From: the human T2T-CHM13v2.0 reference genome, Homo sapiens | Reading direction: 5' to 3' (one strand) | Length of the DNA stretch: 64,000 bases | NCBI RefSeq assembly: GCF_009914755.1 | Contig: NC_060941.1 | In this document: in pieces, positions 42,058-64,000 of the stretch | How positions within the stretch are numbered: position 1 is the first letter of the stretch | How the letters are laid out: the number at the start of each line of letters is the position of its first letter | Made by a program: the position numbers and the translations under genes | Notes under the pieces: generated by a model | The model's input: only the letters and a program-made list of their open reading frames with translations | What the model was told of the DNA's origin: nothing | Databases searched by the model: none

Positions 42058-43250
42058 TGATCCACCCGCCTCGGCCTCTCAAAGTGCTGGGATTACAGGT
42101 GTGAGCCATTGTGCCTGGCCGACAAGTAAATGCTTACATCAAAAAACTGAGTTAGAATTGGTCCCTGGAGCTGTTTTCTCTCCCTAAAATGATGACGTCA
42201 AGCTATCATGTATAATAAATAACAACTCAATTGACCACATATTTTCCTTTAAGCCTAATGAGGAAATAATATTATAGTGAAATACTTAGAAGTTTTAAGG
42301 GAAAAAATCCTTTGTCATTAAATTAAAATTTAAACCGAAACAATCACTTGACTGTTTTAGAATAAAATTGGCATATGAAAGGTTTGATAGCCAACGACAG
42401 TAAGATTAACATACTACAGCATTTGCCTTTAGCATTTACTGAGTAATACTTAAAGCTATCATAAATGTGCAAATGAAGACATTGTTTATTGTTTTACTGC
42501 TGAGATTAATATTTTTTCAGATTTCTAAAACATTACAACAAATGCACACATGAGGGCGCTCTAATCAGACAGATACGGAGAGGGTAGGCATTTGTTGACT
42601 GTTAAGTTCAAAACTAGTTGTAGCCGGGCGGGCGGGGTGGCTCAGGCCTGTCAGCCCAGCACTTTGGGAGGCCGAGGCGGGCGGATCACGAGGTCAGGAG
42701 ATTGTAAACCATCCTGGATAACACTGTGAAACCCCGTCTTTACTAAAAATACAAAAAAACAAAAAAAGCCAGGTGTGGTGGCTGGCGCCTGCAGTCCCAG
42801 CTGCTCGGGAGGCTGACGCAGGAGAATGGCGCGAACCTGAGAGGCGGAGCTTGCAGTGAGCCGAGATCGCGCAGCCGCACTCCAGCCTGGGCGACAGCGC
42901 GAGACTCCGCCTCAAAAACAAAAAACAAACAAAAAAAAAACCAAGCTAGTTCTATACTTTTACAGATGGAAAAATCAAGGTCCACCAAAGAGGTTATGAT
43001 TCTACATCAGTTATTCTCTAGAGGAAATAAATTGGGTATTAGAATTTTAAAAAGATTGAACAGAAATCCCTGTCAGTGAATTTATGCTGGATAATTTTGA
43101 CTCTTACCCCAGCAACTCCTTATTGAAAATCTTTACCCATGGCATGATATAATTTATCTACAATCTTAAATGGGTTCGGCAATAGTGTTTATAGGATGTA
43201 GGAGAAAGACTTAATTAGAATATTTATTTTTATGAACTTTTGCTCTATAA

Positions 43251-43611
<361 letters not shown>

Positions 43612-43767
43612 TGATTTGGGTAAGATCCTTAGTCTTTCCCCATCTCTGACATAATTCCTAGTTTGTCCTTTGGCTTTCCTATGTATATAAAGCTACCAGG
43701 CTGCTTGCAGATTTTCCAGGGAAGGAGTCCCATAAACACTCACAAAGATTTTATTAGGGAGAAGCTA

Positions 43768-44456
<689 letters not shown>

Positions 44457-44599
44457 GCAGTATGTAGAGCTGGGCACGGTGGTGTGTGCCTATTAGCCCA
44501 GCCACTGGGGAGGCTGAGGCAGGAGAAGCCCTTGAGCCCAAGAGTTTAAGACTAGCCTGGGCAACACAGCGAGACCCTCATCTCAAAAAAAAATAATAA

Positions 44600-45094
<495 letters not shown>

Positions 45095-45150
45095 TAACCC
45101 TAGCACTTTGGGAGGCAGAGGCAGACGGATCGCTTGAACTCAGGAGTTCA

Positions 45151-45342
<192 letters not shown>

Positions 45343-45634
45343 TCAAATAAATAAATAAATAAATAAATAAACTCTTATTTAAAAAAAAAAAAAGCAAATC
45401 ATGAAACAAAACAAAACCCAGGGCTCTGAATGAAACAGATCTCTCCTTTAGGGGGCTAGATGATGGAAAATAAAATATATCATGAATTTCATGTTCTCAT
45501 TTGTCTTCATTAATGACTTATATGTATATATATTTCCATTGAAGACATAGATATGCATTTGATCACCTACATTTGTTTGTATTTTGAGTCATAAATTAAG
45601 TCATTTCCTGTCCAGAAAGCACCTGACAATCTTA

Positions 45635-46051
<417 letters not shown>

Positions 46052-46164
46052 CTATATTTAATGAAATATATTAGACAAGTAAAAAATGTAGCAGTATGCA
46101 TATGGCTTTATTTTATCTTGGCCCTGCCCACTACTCTGCCCTCATCTCTTTTCCTTCCCACTGA

Positions 46165-46494
<330 letters not shown>

Positions 46495-47319
46495 TGATCC
46501 ACCCGCCTCAGCCTCCCAAAGTGCTGGGAATACAGGCATGAGCCACCGTGCCCGGCCAACATTCTTATTCCCCTTTTCTTTGACCATTGAACAAAAGCTC
46601 TAAGATAGCAAAGGCTTTGTCTGGTTCAGTAAGGGTCTCAACAGAAAAACGATGGAACAGTCAGAATAATTACTGGACATTTTATATAAATGGAATCATA
46701 CACTATGTGACGTGTTTTTTTGTGACTGGCTTTTTTGACTCAGCATAACATTTTCAAGGCTCATTCATGTGCTAGCATGTGTCAGTATTTCATTCCTTTT
46801 TGTTGCTCAACTGTAAAGTTTATTGACACAGTATTTATTTTATTTAGTAAAGGGTTATTTACAAATGTAAAAGGGTAGAGGAATCATAAAAATGAGTGTA
46901 GTATCCCGGAGCCAGTAGCAGCTGCCATGTTACCATCTTTAGACCCAAAATGGCAAGGGGAATAGTGGTCAGTTGAACCTAAAAGAGTCAGCGTGTAAAA
47001 TCGGCTGCCCTGGAAGAGCAGTGGCCTTCACTGGAGAGACACAGCCAGCCCAAGGTCCCCTCTCAGTGAGGGAGATGAAACAGTAAGTATCCTGAGCCTA
47101 CCTTCCTTTCCACTCTAATTTCCTGCCTGGATTACCAGTTGGCCAAACCCAACCAAGACATGGGAACCCTTTTGATGTGGATTATAAGGTCAGCCTCTGA
47201 GAGCAGAGTGGAGATGGGGGAAGAGTGGGTCTAGAAAGGTAAACAGAAGACATATGACAATTTCTGTATTTGCAACACCTAGAACATTGCCTTACATATA
47301 GCGATTTTAAAAACTGTAA

Positions 47320-49089
47320 CAACTTTATTGAGGTTTAAGTCACAAACCAGGCAGTTCACCAATTAAAAGTGTATAATTCAATGGGTTTTAATATATTCAC
47401 AGAGTTTTGCAGTCATCACCACAGTCATTTTTTTTTTTTTTTTTTTTGAGACCGAGTTTCCCTCGTTGCCCAGGCTGGAGTGCAATGTCATGATCTCAGC
47501 TCACCACAACCTCCACCTCCCTGGTTCAAGCGATTTTCCTGCCTCAGCCTGGTATGCACCAGCACGCCTGGCTAATTTTGTATTTTTAGTAGAGAGGGGG
47601 TTTCTCCACGTTGGTCAGGCTAGTCTTGAACTCCCGACCTCAGGTGATCCACCCGCCTCGGCCTCCCAAAGTGCTGGGATTACAGGCATGAACCCCCGTG
47701 CCCGGCCACCACAATCAACTTTAGAATATTTTCATTTCTCCCAAAAAGAAATCCCATACCCATGCGCAGTCACTCCCCATTTCCTCCATCCCTCAGTCCT
47801 AGGCAACCACTAATTTACTTTCTTTTAGGATAGGATTTGCCTATCTTGACATTTCATATAAATGGAACCATACAATTTGTGGTCTTTTGTGACTGGCTTC
47901 TTTCAAGTAACCTAATGTTTTCAAGGTTCATTCATGTTATAGCATGTGTCAGTACTTATTTCCTTTTTTTTTATGGCTCAATAATATTCTGTTGTAGGAA
48001 TACAACACATTTCATTTATCTGTTTGTCACTTTTTTTTTTCTTTGAGATGGAGTCTCAGTCTTTCACTCAGGCTGTAGTACGGTGGTGTGATCTTGGCTC
48101 ACTGCAGCCTCCACCTCCTGGATTGAAGCCATTCACCTGCCTCAGCCTCCCGAGTAGCTGGGATTACAGGCACGTATACCATGTCCCGCTAATTTTTGTA
48201 TTTTTAGTAGAGATCGGATTTCACTATGTTGGCCAGGCTGGTCTCAAACTCCTGACCTCAAGCGATCCTCCTGCCTTGGCCTCCCAGAGTGTTGGGAGCC
48301 ACCATGCCCAGCTGTCTCCACTTTTTGACTATTATGAATAATGCTGCTATGAACATTCACATATAAGTTTTTGTGTGGACACATGTTTTCATTTCCCTTG
48401 GGAATATGATGAAGCCTGGCATTGCCAGGTCATATGATAACTCTATGTTTAAACTTTGGAGGAACTGCCAGACTATTTCCAAAGCAGTTCCAACTTCATT
48501 GCAAAGCATTTTACATTCCCTCCAGCAACATATGAGTGTTTCAATTTTTCCACATTCTCTCCAACACTTGTTATTATCTGTCTTTTTATTATAGCCATTC
48601 CTGTGAGTGTGAAGTGGTTTCTTAATGTGGTTTGGATTTGCACTTCCCTGATGGCTAATAATGTTTCTATGGTTTGAATGTTTGTGTCCTCCAAAATTCA
48701 AGTTATAACCTAAGACCTAATGTGATGGTGTTAAGAAGTGAGGCCTTCAAGGTGGTGATTAAGTCATGAGTGCTCTGCCCTCGTGAATGAAATTAATGCC
48801 CTTATAAAAAGGCTTCACATAGCATTTCTTCTTTTTTTTCCTTTCTTTTCCTGCTATGTGAAGATGCCACTGTGAGAACAGGAACAATGGAATAGGCCCT
48901 CACCAAATGCCAAATATGCTATTACCTTGATTTTGGATTTACCAGCCACCGGAACTGTGAGGAGTAAATTTTTTGCTTCTAAATTACTCAGTCTCAGGTA
49001 TTTTGTTATAGCAGCACAAACAGACTAAGACAGAAATTGAGTGTATTTTCTTGTGCTTATTGGTGATTTATTTTCTTTGTTTTATTTTT

Positions 49090-49120
<31 letters not shown>

Positions 49121-49535
49121 GGTGGGGTTTTGCTCTGTTGCCCAGGCTGGAGTGCAGTGGTACAATCTTAGCTCATTGCAAACTCTGCCTCCCGGGTTCA
49201 AGTGATTCTTGTGCCTCATCTGCCTGAGTACCTGGGACTACAGGCATGCGCCACACGCCTGGCTAATTTTTATATTTTTAGTAGAGATGGGTTTTCGCCA
49301 TGTTGGCCAGGCTGGTCTCAAACTCCTGGCCTCAAGTGATCCACCTGCCTTGGCCTCCCAAAGTGTTGGGATTATAGGCATAAGCCACAGCACCTGGCCC
49401 TTATTGGCCATTTGTATGTCTTCTTTGGAGAAATATCTGTTCAGATCTTTTTTCCATTTTAAAATCGGGTTATATCCTTTTTATTATCAAGTTGTAAGAG
49501 TTCTTTATGTATTCTAGATCCAAGTCCATTGTCAG
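47320..49535 (-). mobile_element. L1MB-like 3' fragment interrupted by Alus and an MST LTR
   Basis: Antisense L1 3' motifs (AATAATGCTGCTATGAACATTC, GAGGAACTGCCAGACT); ORFs 48357-48701 resemble the L1 ORF2 C-terminal region. Confidence 0.8.
48662..49031 (+). mobile_element. MST-type MaLR solo LTR
   Basis: CTATGGTTTGAATGTTTGTGTCCTCCAAAATTCA...ATAGCAGCACAAACAGACTAAGACA. Confidence 0.85.
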
Positions 49536-49539
49536 ATAC

Positions 49540-50812
<1,273 letters not shown>

Positions 50813-52354
50813 ATATGATTTGCAAGTATTTTCTCCCATTCTGTGGGTTGTCTTTCACCTTTTTTTTTCTTGAGTCCTCCAAAATTCATGTTATAACCTA
50901 AGACCTAATGCAATGATGTTAAGAAGTGAGGCCTTCAAGGTGGTGATTAGGTCATGAGTGCTCTGCCCTCGTGAATGAAATTAATGCCCTTATAAAAAGG
51001 CTTCACATAGCATTTCTTCTTTTTTTTTGCCTCAGCCTCCTGAATAGCTGGGATTACAGACATGTGCCACCATGCATGGCTAACTTTTGTATTTGTAGTA
51101 GAGACAGGGTTTCACCATGTTGGCGAGGCTGGTCTCGAACTCCTAACCTCAGGTGATCGGCCCGCCTCGGTCTTGCAAAGTGCGGGGATTGCAGGCGTGA
51201 GCCACCACGCCCAGCACATGCATCAATTTTTATGATTCCTTGCTTGAACTGATCAACCAGTCAACTACTGATTCCAATAAGGTTGGATGAGGTGGCTTAT
51301 ACTCTACTTATTTGCCGCCCCCCCTTCTTCCTTTTTTTTTTTTTAAGACAGGGCCTTTGACACGCTGGCTGGAGTGCCATGGTGTGATCTTGGCTCACTG
51401 CAGCCTCTACTTCCTGGGCTCAAGCAGTCTTCCCACCTCAGCCTCTTAAGTAGCTGGAACTACAGATGTGTGCCCCTATGCCTGGCTAATTTTTGTATTT
51501 TTGTCGAGACGGGGTCTCCCCATGTTGCCCAGGCTGGTCTCCAACTCCTGGGCTCAAGAGATCCGCCCACCTTGGCCTCCCAAAGCGCTGGGATTACAGA
51601 CATGAGCCACTCTGCCCGGCAACTTGTAACAATTCTTTGTATGTTCTTGATACAAGTCAGTTGTCAGATACAGTGGTAGTACATAATTAAACATAATTAT
51701 ATAGAATTATATTTTATATAAGTGCAGCATTATATAAAATAGCAAAAATTTGGAAATAACCAAATGTCCAACAATAGGTAGTTAGCTAAATACATTGTGA
51801 AACATCCATGTAATGAAAGCTATACTACTATAAAAAATGATCTAGATCTATTTATACTGACATCGACAGATGTCTAACATAAATTACATGAAAATAGGAA
51901 GTGACAAAGAAGAGAGTTTGGTATAATCTCATTTGCATTAAAGTAATCAAAAAAACCAACTTATATAATAGATACAGGCTGGGCAGGATGGCTCACGTCT
52001 GTAATCCCAGCACTTTGGGAGGTCAGGGCAGGAGGATCACTTAAGCCTAGGAGTTCAAGATCAGGCTGGGCAACATACCCAGACCCCATATCTACAAAAA
52101 GTTTAAAAATTAGCCAAGTGAGCTACGATCATGCCACTGCACTCCAGCCTTGGGGATAGAGCAAGACTGTCTCTAAATAAAATAAAACAAAATAAAATAA
52201 AATACGCTGGGCATGGCAGCTCATGCTGTAAAAGTGCTGTAATCCCAGCACTTTGGGAGGTTGAGGCAGGTGGATCACCTGAGGTCAGGAGTTCAAGACC
52301 AGCCTGGCCAACATGGTGAAACCTCATCTGTACTAAAAATACAAAACTTAGCTA

Positions 52355-52570
<216 letters not shown>

Positions 52571-53906
52571 TTAAATTATGAGTGTTTTCTGTTGCTGTTT
52601 CTGTCCTCCCTTGGGGGACCTTTCTAAGGGGGAAGCAGTCTTCATTTACTTGACGAATTGTCCAACCATGAGGTCACTTAGGCTGAAAACTGAAAATGCC
52701 TATATACTGCTTTACTTATGAATAGGAAAACATAAAAGGAAAAGAAACAAGAGGAAGTAGGTTTGAGACAATGTAGCTATGAGTTTGGAGGAAGAAAGAG
52801 AGAAAGGGCAGTTTTGTGAGATAGAGGGAAAATGGCTAACGTGGACATTTTGGAAGTTTTATTGTGACATGCAGTGTAATTTTCAGTTATTCATTTTCTC
52901 AAAGCTGCAATGAAGTTCTCCATTGCTCTCTAAGGCTTTTGGAGTTGTTATTGTGTTTTATAAAATCTATATCTGCAGATAGAGACTGACCTCATATATG
53001 AATAGAAAAAAAATCTGAAGAAGTAAAAATCGTCGATAATGATAATCTCTGGAGAGAAAATTTTCTGGGGAACTTTCATTTTCTCTATTGTGTCTTTCCG
53101 TAAGGTTAGAAAGTTTTGTTATGAGTATACATTCCTTTAGTTACTAGGAAATGAAATGTAACACTGTGGGGCTTGTTCCCTTATTTCAGGACTAGGGATT
53201 AAAGTAGTGAAATAAAAATGACTTTTAATTCCACCTGATGAGTTTAGATCACAGCTTTCTCATTGATAATATTAAAACAAGCAGCTGCTTTTATTTTGGA
53301 AGGCATTAACTCAACTTAAGTTTCATTAAAGATATTTGCTCAAGCACTGTAGCACTTGGGATTGTCTGCTATGTAGGGTGGATATATGTGTGTGTGTGTC
53401 CACAAATTGTTTAATACTTTTTATCAACTTTAGTTCATAAGCCTTCTGCAAACATTTTCAATGACTGCCTGCTTGTATATAATGTTAGATGTTGCAAATT
53501 GACCTTAGAAATTGTAACAGATAATTAAATGAGTTCACTCTGCTATTTACACAATAGAGCCTAGTTTATTTAATTTGTGGGAACCAAGATTCAGAAAGCA
53601 GTAGGAAGGAGCTATCAGTTTTTTTGTCTGAAAGGGCTCTTCTTCCTGGATTTTAATGTTTTAAAGGAGAAAGTAATAACAAAGTTGCCAGATCCTGTTC
53701 TTTCTCTGCATTGAGGTCCTGTAACATGGTGGTTATTCACATTGACTCTTGGTTCACAGCAAGTTGTTGGCTGCATGGGTTCACAGCGTAGTTCTGTGAC
53801 CTCAAGCAAGCCAGTTCACCTATTTGTGCCTCAGTTTTCTCATATATAAAATGAGGAGATAGGCCGGGCACCATCTGAGTTCAGGATTTCAAGACCAGCT
53901 GGGTCA

Positions 53907-54242
<336 letters not shown>

Positions 54243-54834
54243 TTATTCTTGAATTTTCTTTTCTCTAGAATTTTGAAACTATTTTAGAAATAACAAAGGG
54301 CTGTGAATTTTACCAAAGACTACACTGAATTCAATCTGATGTAAATCAAGTTGCAATCATGGCAAACTTGAAGTAGTATTGTGAAAACGTTTTTGTTTGT
54401 TTATTTTTTAAGTTAAGGGTTACGGCCGGGCGCAGTGGTTCACTGATGTAATCCCAGCACTTTGGGGGCCAAGGCGGGCAGATCACTTGAGCTAAAGAGT
54501 TCAAGACCAGCCTGGGCAACGTGGTGAAATCCCATCTCTACAGAAAATACAAAAATTTGCTTGGCGCGAGGTTGCACACCTGTAGTCCCAGCTACTTGGG
54601 AGGCTAAGGTGGGAGGATGGCTTGAGCCTGGGAGGCAGAAGTCGCAGTGAACCGAGATCACACTACTGTACTTCAGCCTGAGTGGCAGAGTGAAACCCTG
54701 TCTCAAAAAAAAAAAAAATTAATTAAGCAATTATGAAAGGAGTTCAAAGAAGTTACAGAATGAAAGGGCTGGGTGCGGTGGGTCACTCCTGTAATCCCAG
54801 CACTTTGGGAGGCTGAGGTGGGCCGATCACCTTA

Positions 54835-55083
<249 letters not shown>

Positions 55084-56009
55084 TTAAGTGATGGAACGAT
55101 ATTCTCTTCCGTCTACACCTCCATTCCCCTGTAGCCATCAGCATTCACTGCTTCAAGGAAAGGATGATAGAGGTGAAAATCTTCTGTGTTATAAGAACCA
55201 ACCTGGGCTTCTGAGTTTCACATACCCAAGGCCTAGAAGATTCATGGTATAAAGTTCATGCCATCAACAGTGATTTGGAGGAACAGATGGAGATCCAGGC
55301 TACCTACTCCAATCTGGACTGAGGGGTGTCTCTGGACCCAGCAAGACGTGGGCACAAAGGAAGAGAGTACACGAGCGTGGACATGCAGCGTGCAGGCCAC
55401 ACCCCTGAGAGAGGGCGCAGAGGCTGCCTGCCCACCCTGCCCCAGCAAAGGGACCAGCAGATCTGAAGAGGCCCTGCAGCCAGGACCGGGAAGACTCCCC
55501 AGGAGCCAGCAGGAAGGCTCCCCAGGAGCCAGGTGGGGTCTCAGCACATGGTGGCCCAGATAAATGGCAACTAGCAGCCCCAGCATCACGTTGGCCTCTG
55601 GAACTTAGGTGCAGTGAGGAAAGGCAGGAGGAGGCATTCTGCATTCACTCAGATTAAGTTTCTGCCATTGGGCAGAATGGGGACTCAAAATAGAAATTAA
55701 GTGTGGTGATATAAAAATAAAAGTTAGTCTTTTACACTTCTGAGTTAAGGCTTTAAGTATATGAAGATCTAAATACATTCCAAATGTTTTACTAGGATGT
55801 TTTGAAATATCATATCTTTCTTGTACCAGAAAAACTGTAAGCTGCCTTCTTAACATCATGACTAGAAAAAATATGTCATTGTTCATGAGGCTGAGCACAC
55901 ATTAGATAACAGGTAGACATTTTAACCATACCGCTGGAGGATTAAAATAGTACTTTGGTATATGCCCAACATAAATGCATACTTATATTCAGTAAAAGGC
56001 ATGTTCTAG

Positions 56010-56363
<354 letters not shown>

Positions 56364-57741
56364 TAACCAACTAAATGCTCAATTAACAGTAGTGTGGACA
56401 AATAAATTGTGGTACATCAAGCAATGGAATAGTCTACAACAATGAGAAGGAACAAGCTACATGCAAAAGCATGGCTACATTTCACAAACCTAAATTGAGT
56501 AGGAGAAGTCATTCACAAAGGTCCTAATGTACTATCCCATTTACATAAAGTTTACCGCAGGCAAAACTAACCTATCAATTAGAAGTCAGGATATGGAGTT
56601 AGGGGGCGTGGCTAGTGACTAAGAGCAAATATGAGGCTGGCTTTTGGGGAGCTAGTGACATTCTGTGTCTCGATCTGGCTGAGAATATGTTCAGTTTGTG
56701 AAAATTCATTGAGCTGTACACTTATGATATCCGTAACGTTAAAAAAATACAATTTAACACTCAAAAGCTACTATATTAGGGTGCTAGCTGATTTTATGCC
56801 TTCAACTTGCTTAATGTTTTCATTTATATACAATAGCATTTTACACCATGTCAGTTAAGCAATCTATTGCAAAATAACTTACAGTAAAATCATAATAAAT
56901 TTATACAAAGTATTGATTTAGCATTAATTTTCCAACTGTGAAAGTCAATGAACCATAAATCTGTAAACAAATTGGTGAAGTGAAAGGCATAAATGACAAC
57001 AAAAATTAGTCACTGTGTTGTGTATGTGCTTTTCCGATGGCTATAAGGGGAAAATATATGGGACGAGGCTTCTTAAAATTTTAAATTAGTGACATAAAAA
57101 TAACATAATGCACGAAGAAATAGACTATCTCAAAATTGTGAAGAAAACCATCCTGGAATCTGGTTGATAATCTTGACATACTGGTATCACAATTCAGTTT
57201 CCCTGCAAGGGAAAGCATCGTCACACTCTTGTGCTTCCAAAAATGTTGGAGGCAAATCTATACAACACAGTCAATTTAATTCCTAGAATATCATGTTTCT
57301 GTTTATATGCATATGTTTGAATATCTTTACTATTTTAAAAGCCCACATTGCAGGCATCATCTTGGCAATACAATAGTTTAGGCCCCCAGTGGACATTTGT
57401 ATCTCCTTGACTATGTGTTTTATGAGTGATTGCCCAGCATGAGTTTGATCACCTGCAGTGATGGGAATGCACCACCTCCCAATACATCGTGGCCTATTCT
57501 GTTCTAGCCTTGGCTAGTTACTTAGAGATTATGGTGATTCTTGTAGTTCAGTTTCTGTTTTGGTCAGAGAAAACCTTTTTTCGAAGACTATATTTACTAG
57601 ACCCATTGCAGCTCCATCTCAATGGCATCAACTGAGCACCAGAGACCAGATAAGAGAGTGGCTAAGTTGGTTAAGATGCCACTATCATTGCTTGGAGAAA
57701 AACATAAGTTCTTCATGTTGACACACTTAATTGATAGTTGC

Positions 57742-58097
57742 TGATATGGTTTGGCTCTGTGTCCCAACCCAAATCTCATCTTGAATTGTAATCCCCAGGT
57801 GTTGAGGGAAGGGCCTGGTGGGAGGTGATTGGATCAGGGGGGTGGTTTCCCCCATGCTGTTCTCGTGATAGTGAGTGAGTTCTCCCAAGAACTGATGGTT
57901 TTATAAGGGACTCTTTGCTCTTCGCTTCCTCTCTCCTGCCGCAATGTAAGATGTGCCTGCTTTCCCTTCTGCCACGATTGTAAGTTTCCTGAGGCATCCC
58001 CAGCCATGCAGAACTGTGGGTCAATTAAATCTCTTTCCTTTATAGATTACCCAGTCTTGGATATTTCTTTATAGCAGTATGAAAATGGACTAATACA
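57742..58097 (+). mobile_element. THE1 MaLR solo LTR
   Basis: TGATATGGTTTGGCTCTGTG...AATGGACTAATACA with TSD GTTGC. Confidence 0.92.
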
Positions 58098-58403
58098 GTT
58101 GCTGTCTTCATTAGGTACTGTTAGTGTAAAAAAAAAATCAGTCTTTATTTGGAATATTATGTCATAAGGCTGTACAATCACATTAAGAGTTCTGTGATTC
58201 AACTGAGTGGATTAGTTTAGGTTTAGTTCATGTGACCACCACGAACCCAGAGGCCAGAGGAATGGGATGCATTAGGCCTAGTCATGTGTTATAAAGGGCC
58301 AGTGGTAGTATCCTATCAGATTGTGTTGACTGTGAGAGAGTGAGCAGTGGATCCCAAAGGAAAATTAGGGCTGTGACCAGATCACTGGGAATGTAGTACA
58401 GAC

Positions 58404-58482
58404 TGTGCACTGCACAAGTCCAAGGTCACCATTCACATAGTCTGCAATGTGATTGGCATCCCTTGGAGTTGTGCAGTGCACA
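58404..58482. mobile_element. Palindromic MITE (MER91-like)
   Basis: 22-bp inverted arms at 58404-58425 and 58461-58482 (21/22 complementary). Confidence 0.6.
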
Positions 58483-58992
58483 ACCTGTGCAGCTATATGC
58501 AGTAACCCTTGGTGTGACTCAGAAAGGGAATAATAAATGCTTTAGAGGCAAATTACAAATGTCCACTATTCTGACTGGCTACATTTGCTTATCTAGTTGT
58601 TCCCAAAAGGCTTCAGACAATATTTATGATCCCCACTCTTATTTATTTATCAGGTCTATGTCCTGTCTCTGCAACAGTAGTTTTCGACTCTTTTTTTCCT
58701 GCTACAATATACATAAAGAATGATTTTTATGTAAGTTTGTACCTAGGATAGGTATAATCCTAAAGTGTGTTTTGGATCTAATCCTTTGTCACTCACTCAA
58801 GAAAGCAAATATGTGGAGCCGGGCACCATGGCTCACACCTGTAATCCCAGCACTTTGGGAGGTTGAGGCAGGCAGATCACCTGAGACCAGGAGTTTGAGA
58901 CCAGCCTGGCCAATATGGTGAAATGCCACCTCTACTAAAATTACAAAAATTAGCCGGGCATGGTGGCACACGCCTGTAATCCTAGCTACTCA

Positions 58993-59316
<324 letters not shown>

Positions 59317-59460
59317 TCACACCTGTAATCCCAGCACTTTGGGAGGCTGAGACAGGAGGATCACTTGAGCCAGGAGGTTTTGGCTGCAGTGAACCAAGAT
59401 CATGCCACTGTACTTCAGCCTGGGCAGAGTGAGACCTGTCTAAAAAATCATAATAATAAA

Positions 59461-62210
<2,750 letters not shown>

Positions 62211-62384
62211 AATGTTGAAATGTATGTAGACCAGAGCACATGATAATGCACGGTTGTCTCCAAGATTTCAAGTGACCTGTCATTTTCCTGGTGTTTAATT
62301 GTTGTTGGTATCTGGCACAGTATTTAGTACTCAGTGTAGAAATGAGCATGAATAATACTCTGGTCACTGTGCATCTCTCATTCA

Positions 62385-62678
<294 letters not shown>

Positions 62679-63258
62679 TCAAAACATACAGAAATTTAAA
62701 AAATTAAATAAATAAAATACGCCTTAAAAGTGAGGCAGTCTCGTCTCTTATCTGTCTGGACATCATTCTACCCTGCATTCTCCTTCCCTACCACACTGAA
62801 CCACTGGTAGCGCCAGAAAACCTGAATATTTCATGTTAGCAAGGATGGGTTCTTATCACAGCAGGCCTGTCAGAGAGATGGGGAAATATGCCAGGTGATA
62901 GGCACACAAGTATGGGCAACGGGAATGTCGAGAGATGAGACTAAAAGGGCCACGTAGTGAAGGGCCTTGAATTTCACACAAGAGAGTTCGGATTGAATCC
63001 TTAAGAATTAATGGAAGCATTATGAAGGGAGACTAAAAAAGCATTGTGCGGATTTAGATTTTAGCTCTCTACAGGCGAGTAGTAGAATGGGAGGGGTGGG
63101 GTGGGGAGGAATGAATGGCAAAGGCTTAATTTAAGACAATGAAGTGAAAGGGGTGGAAATGTGAATTATCAAAGGATAGAATAAAGAGGATTTCCCAGCA
63201 CTTTGGGAGGCTGGGGAGGGCGGATCATGAGGTCAGGAGATCGAGACCATCCTGGCTA

Positions 63259-63645
<387 letters not shown>

Positions 63646-64000
63646 TCAAGGGAATCCCCCTGCGTTGGCCTCCAATAATGTTGGGATTACAGGTGTGAAC
63701 CACCACACCCGGCCCCAGTTTCTGGGGCGCATTGTGATCCCAGAGACTGCTCCATTATACTGCCTCTCTAAGAGTCATTCTATTTAGGGTGTTTTCACTG
63801 AATCAGACATGATTCTTGGTTGGAAGTAACAGAAGCCATCTCTGGCTGTCTTAAGAAGTATTTATGAAAGGTCTGTGAGAGAGTGCTAGCTGTTATTTAA
63901 TTTCTATTCTGTCCTTTTTACTCAGGAAAGAGTAGAAATGTTCCAGTAAGAACCCTTGGCACATAAGACCACTTTCCCCAGCCTCCCTTGCAGCTAGGTC

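Noticed and set aside
55242-55644. Overlapping ORFs of about 100 aa in a GC-richer unique patch
   Set aside because: No recognisable homology and no clear splice boundaries; it may be part of the fossil gene but the frame cannot be assigned

Overview
Human (primate) genomic DNA, very Alu-rich (roughly 95-100 Alu copies or fragments by eye), with no intact protein-coding gene. Almost all ORFs in the track are Alu/L1 translation artefacts. Recognisable content: a full-length SCD processed pseudogene (25040-30403; SCDP1, which suggests chr17p11.2), an OLA1 processed pseudogene (16250-17791), a partial HNRNPA1 retrocopy (minus strand), a U6 fragment inside an ERV1 solo LTR, a CFL1 3'UTR fragment, THE1/MST/MLT LTRs, DNA transposons and L1 fragments. 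Main hunting result: the repeat-free islands from about 6.9 kb to 58.7 kb repeatedly contain minus-strand, exon-sized blocks with AG/GT splice signals that join into a stop-riddled but protein-like frame. This is a candidate fossil multi-exon gene that I cannot identify, and it would host all the retrocopies in its introns. Other findings: an Alu-HNRNPA1 chimeric retrocopy under one TSD pair, two Alu-associated deletions inside retrocopies, two short locally templated insertions and a tandemly duplicated AluY. All parent and family identifications are from memory of the sequences; none were database-checked.
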